Source of the DNA: a virus
Lineage: Duplodnaviria; Caudoviricetes
DNA length: 40,875 bases
Virus record (IMG/VR): IMGVR_UViG_3300031577_000188
Location: 1 to 40,875 of that record
Direction: 5' to 3' (one strand)
The position numbers and the translations under genes were made by a program. The notes below the pieces were generated by a model. It ran no database searches, was not told the origin of the DNA, and was given only the letters and a program-made list of their open reading frames with translations. Below are positions 26,050 through 36,615 of this stretch, one piece after another. Numbering within the stretch: the stretch's first letter is position 1; each line of letters starts with the position of its first letter.

Positions 26050-26479
26050 CGTAGAGCAAAAGATTAAAAGTGTGTCCGGGAAGATGGCCGGCTTCACTTA
26101 CGTGTATGAGGATTGGACCAGAGCCGATCTAAAGTTAGAGCGTTTGCCTCTTCCCGCTCTCATCAACCTATTGCCGGTTAGCGGAGCATTGACACTCGGG
26201 AAAGATCAGTTCAGGGATGTGCCGAACTGCATGTTTGTGTTTGTGGATAAGGTGCAGCGGGATGCGAACGGTAGTGATAATGATGCTGTGTTTGAGAGGA
26301 TGAAGAATGCGGCCATGGAGTTCATCGTTAAGCTGAACGAGAGTGGATTGTTTGAACCCGTCGAGGGTGAGATTCCGTATTCCGTCATTCTTGAAAAGTT
26401 GGCGCCTGTGGTAACGGGCATCTCTATCTCATTGAAGTTGAAAGAGGTCGCGGGGGTATGCGCACGTAAATTCTTGTAA
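26033..26479 (+). CDS. Hypothetical structural protein (tail terminator-like)
   Basis: About 148 aa; overlap-coupled; size and position only. Confidence 0.6.
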   Translation: MQIKNSVEQKIKSVSGKMAGFTYVYEDWTRADLKLERLPLPALINLLPVSGALTLGKDQFRDVPNCMFVFVDKVQRDANGSDNDAVFERMKNAAMEFIVKLNESGLFEPVEGEIPYSVILEKLAPVVTGISISLKLKEVAGVCARKFL

Positions 26480-26483
26480 GGCT

Positions 26484-27014
26484 ATGAGCAAAGAGGAAGC
26501 AAAGGTTATTATTGGTGAAGAACTCAATGAGTTGCGCAGGCGTATCATCGAGCATCATCTTTCAGCCGGACAAAAAGCATCCGGCCGTACGGTGAACAGT
26601 TTGCATGTAGAGGTGAACGATGATGCCGGAACGCTATATGGCCGCAAAGCATTCGGGGTATTGGAGACCGGAAGAAAGGCCGGACCGGTGCCTAAAAGTT
26701 TTGTCGGGGTTATACGGCAATGGATCATCGACAAGGGTATTTCATACAAACCTATTCCCTATGTGCTGGTACCATCGGAGAGATGGACACCCAAGTACAC
26801 ACCCGAGGAAAGGGGGCTACGCTCACTCGCCGGAGCAATAGCGTATAAGATACGTAAAGAAGGTACGGCTTTGTTTCGTTCCGGCGGGCGTGACGATATC
26901 TATTCACAGGAGATTCCCAAAACGATAGATAGCATTATGAGCAGGGTGTTTGCCGTATTTGAAAGGGATGTTGAACATATTAATTTGAACAGCAATGAGA
27001 AAGACAACGATTGA
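26484..27014 (+). CDS. Hypothetical structural protein (neck/tail completion-like)
   Basis: ASGRTVNSL...LETGRKAG...IRQWI...AIAYKIRKEGT pattern seen in neck proteins. Confidence 0.6.
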   Translation: MSKEEAKVIIGEELNELRRRIIEHHLSAGQKASGRTVNSLHVEVNDDAGTLYGRKAFGVLETGRKAGPVPKSFVGVIRQWIIDKGISYKPIPYVLVPSERWTPKYTPEERGLRSLAGAIAYKIRKEGTALFRSGGRDDIYSQEIPKTIDSIMSRVFAVFERDVEHINLNSNEKDND

Positions 27015-28092
27015 TACAACGACAATCGAGTATCCCGACGAGATAGGATTCTGCTTTAACCCTGTGGTGATAAACATCTTCGGGCATGCGTGGTCCTACA
27101 TAAAAGTGTCGATAACGGATGTACAAACAGGAACGGTGTACACGGAGAGACGTGAGATGTTTGGCACATCCTGTTTCTTTGACTTGTCGCCATACGGACA
27201 AGGAACATTTGACCTGTTGAACTTTAGTAAGGTGGATTACTCCGTTGTCAGTCTGCAGGATAGTAAGGTAGGGCGTTTGTTTAGCGTAGAGGTTGACATG
27301 TATAAGGCCGATGATAGTCTGGGAAATAGCTTTCAGTTCGAGGTGTTCATAATCTGGGGCGCAATGAAAGTGGGTGAGAGGTACAACGGTACACGTTCAC
27401 TCACATGGTTTAAGAACTTCCCTTTCTCCGTTGGCATGTATTGCGCAACACCGTCAAACATCAACGTGTCTGTTGACGATGTGTTACAGGGAAATGTCAT
27501 TGCAACAACAGCACGTAGGGTGTGGAATCTCATGTTAAACGGATTCTCCGCAAATGAAAAGCTGGTGTTTGAGTTGCCCGGATCAAGTGAAACGGCGAGC
27601 GTATGGGACAACACGTTTGACTTCACGTTTCACCCGTTGTTGAACACATCCTCAAAAGTCACGTGTGTTGTTGATGACACTGATTCCGGTGTTTATCTGC
27701 GTTGGATAGACCGACACGGCTTTTACTGTTACTGGTTGTTCCAGAGCGGTGATGAGAGCAGGCAGGTTAGTAACGACGGTGAGTTCATCCGCAATAACAT
27801 GGCTGACTACAATTATGTGAACGGTTATCATGGTGGTAGCGGACGTAAACAGCGTAAGACAGAGAGTAACACGCTACCTGTTTGTGCGCCCCTTGTTGAT
27901 AGTGATACATACGATTTCTTATTTCAGATCGCTTTGTCTCCCTGTGTAGATATGTATGCCGGGAATAATGACGGCGTTCATCAATGGCAGGGTGTGAATG
28001 TGTCTGTGGCAACGTTCACTAAGACAAAGACCAGCCTGCAGGATTTTGTAGCAACGATCATATTACCTGAAACCTCAGTACAAAGTTTATGA
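26995..28092 (+). CDS. Tail-associated structural protein
   Basis: 365 aa; YLRWIDRHGFYCYWLF motif; precedes the hub-like and tape measure genes. Confidence 0.65.
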   Translation: MRKTTIDTTTIEYPDEIGFCFNPVVINIFGHAWSYIKVSITDVQTGTVYTERREMFGTSCFFDLSPYGQGTFDLLNFSKVDYSVVSLQDSKVGRLFSVEVDMYKADDSLGNSFQFEVFIIWGAMKVGERYNGTRSLTWFKNFPFSVGMYCATPSNINVSVDDVLQGNVIATTARRVWNLMLNGFSANEKLVFELPGSSETASVWDNTFDFTFHPLLNTSSKVTCVVDDTDSGVYLRWIDRHGFYCYWLFQSGDESRQVSNDGEFIRNNMADYNYVNGYHGGSGRKQRKTESNTLPVCAPLVDSDTYDFLFQIALSPCVDMYAGNNDGVHQWQGVNVSVATFTKTKTSLQDFVATIILPETSVQSL

Positions 28093-29837
28093 GAAATGAA
28101 GAACTATACATTGATGGTCAATTGGTTGATCTGGATGATAATACGAAGATAACGTTAAACTACAAAAGTAACATCTTCACCGATTTGAGCAAGATAGTGA
28201 GTAACAACAGTTATTCGATCAAGTTACCCAATACGGTACATAACCAATGTGTGATGGATCATGCCGATCTGCCTACTCGTGCGTCTACGTTTTCAAGAAC
28301 ACAGCATAAGTCGCGATATCTCCGTAATGGCGTTGAGATAATCAGCAAGGCAAATGCCGTGTTAATGTCCGTCGGCTCAACATTTGATATCGCATTGTCA
28401 TGGGGTAATGCCACCGCATTTGCACCTATTGTCAATGATGGCAAGAAACTGACCGAATTGTCGTGTTATACGAATACTGAGAATGTTGATTATATAGAGT
28501 GGAAGGCCTTAGGATCAAATAGCGAAAGGTTCCCTTATATTGATTATGGGTTCAAAATTGGTGATACGAAAGTATGGTATCATCCTATTGTTTCTGTAGA
28601 TTGGATTCTTAGTGAGATATGCAAGGATAATAACGTTACGTTTGCATTTCCTGAGAATAGGAAGGCTTTCATTAGTAACTTGGTCGTTCCATTGTTAACG
28701 AGGAAGGGAGGGCGTGTTAACTCAGAGGAAGGGAAAGTCTTATTTAAAATAAATGGTACTATAAATAGAACTTATTATTTGTTTTATGAGGCTAGTGAAA
28801 GTTCAAAAAGCTCTGATTATTTTGATTTGACTCAAGATGTAAAGAGAAGCTTAAAAGACGGAAAGCTATTGCTTACTCCTAACTTTAAAAGTGGAAGAGA
28901 TGATCTTTGGGTTATCACGGGTGAAAATGAAACTAAGCTAGAGTATGAACTAGTGGATGGCGCATATAAATATCTGTATAATATTCCTATTGAAATAGAT
29001 GTTGAATCAGGTGATCTAATTTTGATTTACTCAAAATCTGGATATATAGATTACTGGAACAGTAGTAATGTGAATGATAGGGCTGTAGAATTATCTATTA
29101 TCCCAAGTGCGGTAGAATTAGGAATGAGTTTCCCCTTTATTGAAAATCTTCCAGAAATAAAACAAATTGATTTTATAAAGGCAATAGCTTCTATGGTAGG
29201 CGTATTTGCTTTACCGTCAAATGATGGCACTGGATTAATTAATTTTATCTCTATGGATGATCTTGTGGCGAATATACCCAAGGCTGTTGATTGGACAAGG
29301 AAAGTCGTTGCATCATATAGGGAAAATAAGCCTAATGAGATCACTTTTACACTCGATAACTTTGGCCAAAATAATTATTTAAGATGGAAAGAGGATTCTA
29401 CAGTAAAAGGAGATTATAGCGGAGTTATAAAGATTGATGATGCAACAATAGATAATGAAGTAGATGCTATAACATTGCCATTTTCAGGAACATTAATGTA
29501 TGGTGGAAATGCGAAAATTCCTCTGTATTCTTATAATGATGATGGTGAGCTAGAGGAATCAAGTGTACAACCACGATTATTGATATTAAATGGAACGAAG
29601 TGTACGTTTAATGGCTTATCGTGGGATACGTTGATAGCTCAACATTATTCAAACTATCAAAAAAACATTAGACAGCCAATCATTATAAAAGAGAAGATAG
29701 AGTTAAGTGAGATCGAGCTAAAGAGCCTTGATGTAACAGTACCGGTTTATCTTGCCCAATATGGGAAGTACTATGCGATAATCTCTGTTAAGGCAGAGGA
29801 TACGGGAATATGTGAATGTGAATTTTTACAATTATAA
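28089..29837 (+). CDS. Tail tip/baseplate hub-like protein
   Basis: 582 aa; ELYIDGQLVDL...SYSIKLP N-terminus; ENLPEIKQIDFIKAI. Confidence 0.65.
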   Translation: MRNEELYIDGQLVDLDDNTKITLNYKSNIFTDLSKIVSNNSYSIKLPNTVHNQCVMDHADLPTRASTFSRTQHKSRYLRNGVEIISKANAVLMSVGSTFDIALSWGNATAFAPIVNDGKKLTELSCYTNTENVDYIEWKALGSNSERFPYIDYGFKIGDTKVWYHPIVSVDWILSEICKDNNVTFAFPENRKAFISNLVVPLLTRKGGRVNSEEGKVLFKINGTINRTYYLFYEASESSKSSDYFDLTQDVKRSLKDGKLLLTPNFKSGRDDLWVITGENETKLEYELVDGAYKYLYNIPIEIDVESGDLILIYSKSGYIDYWNSSNVNDRAVELSIIPSAVELGMSFPFIENLPEIKQIDFIKAIASMVGVFALPSNDGTGLINFISMDDLVANIPKAVDWTRKVVASYRENKPNEITFTLDNFGQNNYLRWKEDSTVKGDYSGVIKIDDATIDNEVDAITLPFSGTLMYGGNAKIPLYSYNDDGELEESSVQPRLLILNGTKCTFNGLSWDTLIAQHYSNYQKNIRQPIIIKEKIELSEIELKSLDVTVPVYLAQYGKYYAIISVKAEDTGICECEFLQL

Positions 29838-29841
29838 GATT

Positions 29842-32763
29842 ATGGGAACAGCAGTAGAAGAAAAAGTCTTGGACATTAAGGTCCGCTATGAGGATGCGAT
29901 ACGTGGTATTGCTAAGTACAAAACAGAGTTGGATCTTTTGAAGAATAAGGAAGTTCTATTAAAGGCAAGAGTAGAAGAGGGATTGATCAGTAGGGAGAAA
30001 TATAATACTGATATGACAGAGTCAAAAATAAAGACGAATGAGTACAAAGAGGCTATCCGTGTTTTGGAAAAAGAAGTGCAGAATAACATTAAAGCAGAAA
30101 ATGAGCAGTTAGGTAGTCTTATTGCATTACGTGCTTCTCTTTCCAATCTTACCAGACAGTATGATGAAATGAGTGAGGCAGAAAGAAAATCAGCTTCTGG
30201 ACAAGATTTGGCTATCCACATCAATGCTATCACTGATAAATTGAAAGGAGCGGAGGAAGGTACCCAACGTTTCTATCGAAATGTTGGAGGTTATGAAGAA
30301 GCTTTCTCTAAGGCATTGGCTCCGATGAAGAAAAAGCTTGATGAGATGACAGAGGCGTATATGAATATGTCAAAAGAAGAGCGGCTGGGTGCTAAAGGAG
30401 ATGAGATGCGTAAACACATGCAGGATATGAAAGATCAGATTACGGCAACCACTGCGGCAGGAGGAAAATTCCAGAACCAATTGCTTGATCTGGCAGGTGC
30501 ACAAGGTGGGGTAATCTCTTCCGCAGCTCAGACAGTGGGAGGTATCACTAATATCAACCAAGCGTTTACTGCTGCGAAAGCCGGGGTTGCGGGATTTTCA
30601 GCACAGTTACTTTCTTTGCTTGCCAATCCCATCGTGCTAGTATTGGCCGGAATTGCAACAGCGATCTTGATGGTAACAAAAGCAATGGATTCAAGTCGGG
30701 AAATAACAGGGAGAGTAAATGTATTGCTTGCTCCATTGAAAACATTGTTGGGAGCTATAACAGGGGTGATAGTAAACTTGGCAGGGTATATCCTTTCTGC
30801 TGTTGAAGCGGGAGATAAGGCATTAAAAAACCTTTCAGGATTAGCGGAATCTTTGCCCGTAGTTGGCAAGTATTTTAAGGAAATAAATGCTTCTACTCAA
30901 GAATCAATAACTTTGGCCAAGGACAAAATCCTGCTAGGTAAAACGGAAAGGGAGATGATAGTAGAGAGTGCAAAGAGTGAAATGGAGGTTTCAGAGCTTA
31001 GAACTAAAGCGAAGGATAAAGAAAAGTATACAGTTCAACAGAGAATTGACATGATGAAAAGAGCTGGTGAAATTGAAAAGGACGAATTTAAGAAGAGTCT
31101 TGCGTTGGCTCAGTTAAGATTAAAAGTGGCCATAGAAATAGCCAGGCAAGAAAATGATTCTTCCACAGAAACAGCTACGAAGATCGCAGAGTTACAAGCC
31201 GGAGTCTATCGCGCTACAAAGGCATATGCTGACGGCATAAGAACTATACAAAAACAGATGAATGGTCTTAAATCCGAACAGGCGGCAGAGGAAAAAGCTC
31301 GTCAGGATGCTGCCAAGAATGCAGCTAAAGAAGCTGCTTCCACAGCCAAAGAGCGTAGGGATAAAGAGCGTGAAGCTGTAAGAGCCGCCGAGGATGCGAT
31401 GTTGACCCTTGTCAAAGACGGCATAGAGAAACAGCGTAAGGAAACAACGCTCTCTTATGACAGGCATATTGCTGACTTAAGGTCTAAGCTTTCCACTGAA
31501 AAGAATCTTACGGCCAATGCGAGGAAGGCTATAAATGATACCATTAAGGATTTAGAGCAGAAGAAAACACAAGACTTAAGTGCTCTGTCCGATCAAGAGT
31601 TGACGCAGAGCATTGAGAAAGAACAGAAGCGTATTGAGTTGATGCTTGCCGCTGTGAAGTCAGGTTCCGAAGAAGAGTATCAGCTTAAGCTGCGAGGCAT
31701 GCAAAAGCAGATGGAAGCCGAACTTGCCAATATTGGTGATACAGAGAAAAAGAAAAAGGAGATAAGGGACAGGTATGCCGGCTTAACTGCCAATGAAAAG
31801 GATACTTCTAAGCTCACCTTCTTAAATGAGGCTATGAATTCAGAAATAGCTATTGTGGAACAGGGGGAAGAACAAAAGGCTTTTATTCGTGATAAGTACC
31901 GTGTTCAGGAAAATACATTGATTGATGAGCATAATAACAATGTTTGGAAAAAGCAATTGGATGCCATGAATCTCGAATACGAGACTAAGATAGCACAAGC
32001 ATACGGCAATGAGCAAGAGATTTTGCAACTTAAGATGGAACAGAAAAAGGCCGAGCTGGATCAAATACAGCAAATGGAAGGTGAAAGTATGGAGGCTTTC
32101 AATCTTCGCAAACTGAATCTGGAGAATGAATATGTTGATACTAAGAAAGATGTGGCAGATAAAGAGATAGAGATCGAACAAACGAAGTATCAGGCAACGG
32201 CGGATATCACAGGCGCTCTTTCTACATTGGCCGATGCGGCGAGTGAACATTCCAAAGGTCTGGCAATGGCATCGAAGGTATTGGCATTGGCTGAAATTGC
32301 TATAAACACCGGTAAGGCGATAGCCGCCGGTGTTGCTCAGGCACAAAGTGTTCCTTTTCCCGGTAATATTGTGGCAATCGCAACAACAATTGCTACGGTT
32401 TTGGCCAATATAACAACTGCTATCAAAACCGTTAAGAGTGCAAAGTTTGCAACCGGCGGTTTGGTTACTGGCGAGGGTTCAGGTACCTCAGACAGCATAC
32501 CGGCACAGTTAAGCAACGGTGAATCTGTAATGACTGCCGCAACGACCTCGATGTTTGGCCCCATGCTATCGGCATTTAACACCATGGGTGGAGGAATACC
32601 GATAAACATTACGGCCAACAATAGCCAGGCAATAGGAGAGGACATGTTAGCGAGGGCAATTGCCAAGGGGTTCATGATGGCACCGGCACCGGTTCTTTCT
32701 GTGCAAGAATTTACCAGCGTTGCCAACAGAACAAGGTATGTAGAATCTATAGGCGATATTTGA
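29842..32763 (+). CDS. Tail tape measure protein
   Basis: About 973 aa, coiled coil and Ala-rich; FYRNVGGY; C-terminal FATGGLV.G.GSGTSDSIPAQLSNGESV. Confidence 0.88.
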   Translation: MGTAVEEKVLDIKVRYEDAIRGIAKYKTELDLLKNKEVLLKARVEEGLISREKYNTDMTESKIKTNEYKEAIRVLEKEVQNNIKAENEQLGSLIALRASLSNLTRQYDEMSEAERKSASGQDLAIHINAITDKLKGAEEGTQRFYRNVGGYEEAFSKALAPMKKKLDEMTEAYMNMSKEERLGAKGDEMRKHMQDMKDQITATTAAGGKFQNQLLDLAGAQGGVISSAAQTVGGITNINQAFTAAKAGVAGFSAQLLSLLANPIVLVLAGIATAILMVTKAMDSSREITGRVNVLLAPLKTLLGAITGVIVNLAGYILSAVEAGDKALKNLSGLAESLPVVGKYFKEINASTQESITLAKDKILLGKTEREMIVESAKSEMEVSELRTKAKDKEKYTVQQRIDMMKRAGEIEKDEFKKSLALAQLRLKVAIEIARQENDSSTETATKIAELQAGVYRATKAYADGIRTIQKQMNGLKSEQAAEEKARQDAAKNAAKEAASTAKERRDKEREAVRAAEDAMLTLVKDGIEKQRKETTLSYDRHIADLRSKLSTEKNLTANARKAINDTIKDLEQKKTQDLSALSDQELTQSIEKEQKRIELMLAAVKSGSEEEYQLKLRGMQKQMEAELANIGDTEKKKKEIRDRYAGLTANEKDTSKLTFLNEAMNSEIAIVEQGEEQKAFIRDKYRVQENTLIDEHNNNVWKKQLDAMNLEYETKIAQAYGNEQEILQLKMEQKKAELDQIQQMEGESMEAFNLRKLNLENEYVDTKKDVADKEIEIEQTKYQATADITGALSTLADAASEHSKGLAMASKVLALAEIAINTGKAIAAGVAQAQSVPFPGNIVAIATTIATVLANITTAIKTVKSAKFATGGLVTGEGSGTSDSIPAQLSNGESVMTAATTSMFGPMLSAFNTMGGGIPINITANNSQAIGEDMLARAIAKGFMMAPAPVLSVQEFTSVANRTRYVESIGDI

Positions 32764-32825
32764 TTGTAAATGATTCGTATATATCGAAAAATTAGTATCT
32801 TTGATTCCAGAAACGAAAATGAATT

Positions 32826-33059
32826 ATGACAGCATACGAAATACTAGCAACTAATATATCAACGCTTCAAAAATTGTCAGAAGCCTCCGTGGACGTAGCC
32901 GATATTAAATATTTGGAGATGTATAGGGATTACACCCGCATGGCTCATGAGGGGCATAAGATGACATATATAGCTTACTATATTAGTGAGGAATACGGAA
33001 TAAACAAAGCTACGTTTTACCGGATAATAAAAAAGTTCGGGCAAGTAATCGAAATCTAA
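32826..33059 (+). CDS. Small HTH protein, candidate late transcription activator (Mor/C-like)
   Basis: C-terminal ISEEYGINKATFYRIIKKF; own TATCTTTG element at 32796-32803 and own terminator. Confidence 0.65.
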   Translation: MTAYEILATNISTLQKLSEASVDVADIKYLEMYRDYTRMAHEGHKMTYIAYYISEEYGINKATFYRIIKKFGQVIEI

Positions 33060-33061
33060 TG

Positions 33062-33090
33062 AGGGGGGCTTTAAGCTCCCTTTTTTCTTT
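33062..33090 (+). terminator. Intrinsic terminator
   Basis: GGGGGCT-tta-AGCTCCC followed by a T run. Confidence 0.7.
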
Positions 33091-33101
33091 ATAAAAAACT
33101 T

Positions 33102-33169
33102 GGTCGCATGGCGTGCGACCACTATCACTTTGTAAAATTAGTCTACGTTTTATGATCTGCCTACCTTTG
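33102..33169 (+). promoter_or_regulatory. Putative late promoter of the head operon
   Basis: GGTCGCA-tggcg-TGCGACC palindrome and TACCTTTG at 33162. Confidence 0.7.
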
Positions 33170-33189
33170 AATCAAAACAAAAGGATATT

Positions 33190-34314
33190 ATGGCAGTACT
33201 CAAAATCTACAATGACATCGCTGATGAAGAAAGCAAGAACATGAAGCTCATGTTTACCGGTGTTGGTTCCACATGCTTTAAAGACATAGACGAATTCCTT
33301 GCTTCCATTCCGGAAGATGATAAATCAATTGATATTAGGATGAATTGCCGGGGCGGTTCCGTAACGGAAGGCTGGGCCATCTATGATAAACTTCGCGATA
33401 GTGCCAAAGAGATTAGTGTCACCGTTGAGGGCCTTTGTGCATCAATGGCCACGGTGTTATTGCTTGCCGCTCCTGCAGAAAGACGCTTCGGACTTCCAAA
33501 CTCCGAGTACCTGATCCATGCACCATATATCCCTGAATATACGTTAGCCGATTCTTACCGTTCAGAAGATTTGCGTGCTATTGCCGATGAATTGGAAACT
33601 GACACGGAGAAGCTTTTGAATCTCTATGTAGAGCGTACGGGTGCTGCCGGTGAAGAGTTGGCTTCTATCATGGCGGAGGACAAATGTATAAGCGTAACCG
33701 AGGCCAAGCGTTTAGGCTTTATCAGTAAAATTAAAGTGCCGACAACGGCAAAGTATGATCAATTTAAAAAGAGTATGAGTAAAAAAGAAGTAACAGTGAA
33801 GCAAGGCTGGTTAGACCGTGTCCTTGCTAAAGCCGGCTATGCCAAAATGGAGGATGTGCCGCAGGTTGTAGACATGGAATTGTCCACTGCCGACGGTGAA
33901 ACCCTGACCATTGAACGTGAAGAAGGTGATCCGCAGGTTGGCGATGTAGCCAGTCCCGACGGTGAGTTTGTAATGCCCGATGGAAGTACTATCGTTGTAA
34001 CAGACGGTGTGATCTCTGAAATCCGTCCTGCAGAGGAAGAGGAAACGGATGATGAGAAAGATGCCCGCATTGCCCAGCTCGAGCAAGAACTGGCAGAGGC
34101 ACGTGCTCAGGCTAAATCGGCCAATGATCTGAAAATCCTGAATGCCGTTAAGATTGCCGGAGGTGACAAGTTCCTTGCTCAACATTGCAGTAGCTACAAG
34201 GTGCAGGGGCGTACGCAGACACGCCAGCATGGTGAGTTTGAGGATAAAGGAGGAGAGACCGCTATCCAGAAGAAGCTTCGGGAAGAGAGAGAAAAAAGAA
34301 AAGCTAAAAACTAA
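33190..34314 (+). CDS. ClpP-type head maturation protease with scaffold-like C-terminus
   Basis: NCRGGSVTEGWAIYD, GLCASMATV, YLIHAP and EAKRLGFI. Confidence 0.9.
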   Translation: MAVLKIYNDIADEESKNMKLMFTGVGSTCFKDIDEFLASIPEDDKSIDIRMNCRGGSVTEGWAIYDKLRDSAKEISVTVEGLCASMATVLLLAAPAERRFGLPNSEYLIHAPYIPEYTLADSYRSEDLRAIADELETDTEKLLNLYVERTGAAGEELASIMAEDKCISVTEAKRLGFISKIKVPTTAKYDQFKKSMSKKEVTVKQGWLDRVLAKAGYAKMEDVPQVVDMELSTADGETLTIEREEGDPQVGDVASPDGEFVMPDGSTIVVTDGVISEIRPAEEEETDDEKDARIAQLEQELAEARAQAKSANDLKILNAVKIAGGDKFLAQHCSSYKVQGRTQTRQHGEFEDKGGETAIQKKLREEREKRKAKN

Positions 34315-34331
34315 AGAAAAGGAGGAATTTT

Positions 34332-35399
34332 ATGCCTGTATTAGATTTTTCAAAATTGACTCCCGACAACCAAGCCGTTAAGGACTTGAAAGAATTGATT
34401 GAGCTGACCGTATTCCAAAGTGAGAATATGGAGCAGTTCATGACTTTCATGCCTAATATTACTACGGGTAAAAAGCTTGGTTTTGTCGGTGAGATGGAAG
34501 ACGTCGGAATTGCCGGCGCCGGATGTGATCCCAACTACCAGAAGGTGTCTATCGCCGCAGCTCAAAAAGAGTGGGAGCTGGGAGATTGGCAAATACCGTT
34601 GGAACTTTGTTATACCGAACTTGAAAATACCATTGCGCAGTATTGCTTAAAGACCGGTACAGAGATTTCCGACCTGACTTCTACGGAGTACATGGATGGT
34701 ATTGTGTTGCCTAAGCTGAATGATGCCATGATGAAGATGCTTTGGCGCTTCACTTGGTTTGGTGATAAATCAGCCCTGAGTGTTACCGATGGTGGTGTTG
34801 TGTCCGATGGCATCAACATTGAACTCTTCAAAACATGTGACGGCTTCTTTAAAAGGTTATTTGCTATTTGTGCCGCTAGTGCCGGACAGCATACTTCTAT
34901 TGCTGCAAACGGTGAAGCGACTTACACCCTGCAACGCTCAAAGTTGAAAGAGCTCGGAGCTGCAACATCCGTCTTTGATTCAATGCTCGAGGATGCCGAT
35001 AGTAGAATCTTTGATAAGCAGGATAATGCGGTGTTTGCCACTAAGTCTCTTTGTGATGCTCTTTCAAAAGATATCAAAGAGAAGTACAAAACGATCATGC
35101 CCTGGACAACCGTCTTTGATGGTTTGGAAGTGGGCGAGTATGACGGCGTGAAGGTTGTCAAGGTATCGATCTGGGACAGGTTCATTCAGAAATACCAGAA
35201 GGGTGGTACCAAAGTGAATATTCCTCACCGTGCCGTGTTCTGTTCTCCCTCAAACTTATTCTATGGATGCGAAGGTAAGAACCCTATGTCTGACTTGGAT
35301 ATTTGGTTCGAGCGTAAGGCTCGTAAGAATTACATCTATTCAAACGGTAAGCTTGGGGCTTTGGTAGGAGAAGATAACCTGATTCAATTTGCATATTGA
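34332..35399 (+). CDS. Major capsid protein (probable)
   Basis: 355 aa directly after the protease; LWRFTWFGD and DGFFKRL. Confidence 0.75.
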   Translation: MPVLDFSKLTPDNQAVKDLKELIELTVFQSENMEQFMTFMPNITTGKKLGFVGEMEDVGIAGAGCDPNYQKVSIAAAQKEWELGDWQIPLELCYTELENTIAQYCLKTGTEISDLTSTEYMDGIVLPKLNDAMMKMLWRFTWFGDKSALSVTDGGVVSDGINIELFKTCDGFFKRLFAICAASAGQHTSIAANGEATYTLQRSKLKELGAATSVFDSMLEDADSRIFDKQDNAVFATKSLCDALSKDIKEKYKTIMPWTTVFDGLEVGEYDGVKVVKVSIWDRFIQKYQKGGTKVNIPHRAVFCSPSNLFYGCEGKNPMSDLDIWFERKARKNYIYSNGKLGALVGEDNLIQFAY

Positions 35400-35412
35400 T
35401 AAAGACTACGAG

Positions 35413-36039
35413 ATGGGAAAATGTGATTCATTAATTAAAGCAGGGATTGTCGCAGATTGCGACAGCCCTGTTACCAAAGGCTTAGAGGCGAACGGTGCGA
35501 TAATCAATCGTAATGATATTGATTTCAGCGCGACTGTGTTTGATGCTACCCGTAAGAATATCATAAAGACGCTTGTTTTGAAAACCGGTAAGCAGGGATA
35601 CGAGGTTTATTGTCCGGGTGGAACACCTTTCACCGGTGCAAAGACTTCTCTTGAAAAGAAAACGTATCGAAACGCTTTTACCAATGATATTCCTTTGGTG
35701 ATTCTGGACAATGGTCCTGCTGTCTGTGAGACTATTATTGAGGGATTGGCAAACGGCCGGTTCGTTGTCATTCTGAGGAATAAGTACCGTGCTGCCGATG
35801 GTAGTGCCGAGTATCAGGTTTACGGCTATTATCAGGGATTAACCGCCGAAACATTGGAGTCAGACAAATATTCTGAGGATACCGACGGTGGTTGGTCATG
35901 CGCCCTGAAAGAAACAGGCTCTCCTAAAGCGGGATTGTACCTGTTCAATACGAGTGCTGCCACAACTGAAACAATGTTTAATACTCTTCTTTCCGGTACT
36001 ACTAATAGTGGAGGAGAAGTGAAGGATCCAACCGCATGA
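35413..36039 (+). CDS. Structural protein, probable tail tube
   Basis: About 208 aa, beta-rich pattern, follows the capsid gene. Confidence 0.55.
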   Translation: MGKCDSLIKAGIVADCDSPVTKGLEANGAIINRNDIDFSATVFDATRKNIIKTLVLKTGKQGYEVYCPGGTPFTGAKTSLEKKTYRNAFTNDIPLVILDNGPAVCETIIEGLANGRFVVILRNKYRAADGSAEYQVYGYYQGLTAETLESDKYSEDTDGGWSCALKETGSPKAGLYLFNTSAATTETMFNTLLSGTTNSGGEVKDPTA

Positions 36040-36608
36040 TGACGTACAGTAAGGCATTGGAAATAGCCGAGAAGCTGAAAATGACTATTAGCAATGAATT
36101 TTCAGCCTCTGACAAAGAAAACATTGTGGCTTTATATCGCGAGGTTCTTAGAAAAGAGTTTGTAAAGTCCGGTTGCAATGATTGTTACCGAGATGCGCTA
36201 ATAGAAGTTTATACTTATTTAAAACGTGAAGGAAAGATGAAAGAAAAGAGTGATTACAGCCTGAAAAACGGAGTTGTTATTCAGGTTTTTGGTACCAATA
36301 AAGTGTACACCAATGAGAATATAACGAATGAGACTGCTGAAGCTTATTTGAAAGAGTACCCGAAAGCGATCAATCAGTTTGCTCATTATCCTGATGACTG
36401 GGAGACACGTGTTTCCGGTAAAGTGGCCGAGGAAATAACCCTTAATGAGGAACTTGTGACCGAGTTGGCCGGTAAACTAACCGAAGGGGCAACAAAGAAG
36501 TCCCTTAAAGAGGATTACAAAGCTTACGAGATAGACGGCAAAGCTCTTACGGCTCGCGCCCTGGATGCTTATTTGAAAGCCGCTGATGAATTGAACCAAA
36601 CAAAATAA
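36036..36608 (+). CDS. Hypothetical phage protein
   Basis: 190 aa with CNDC motif; overlap-coupled. Confidence 0.7.
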   Translation: MMTYSKALEIAEKLKMTISNEFSASDKENIVALYREVLRKEFVKSGCNDCYRDALIEVYTYLKREGKMKEKSDYSLKNGVVIQVFGTNKVYTNENITNETAEAYLKEYPKAINQFAHYPDDWETRVSGKVAEEITLNEELVTELAGKLTEGATKKSLKEDYKAYEIDGKALTARALDAYLKAADELNQTK

Positions 36609-36615
36609 TTATTCT

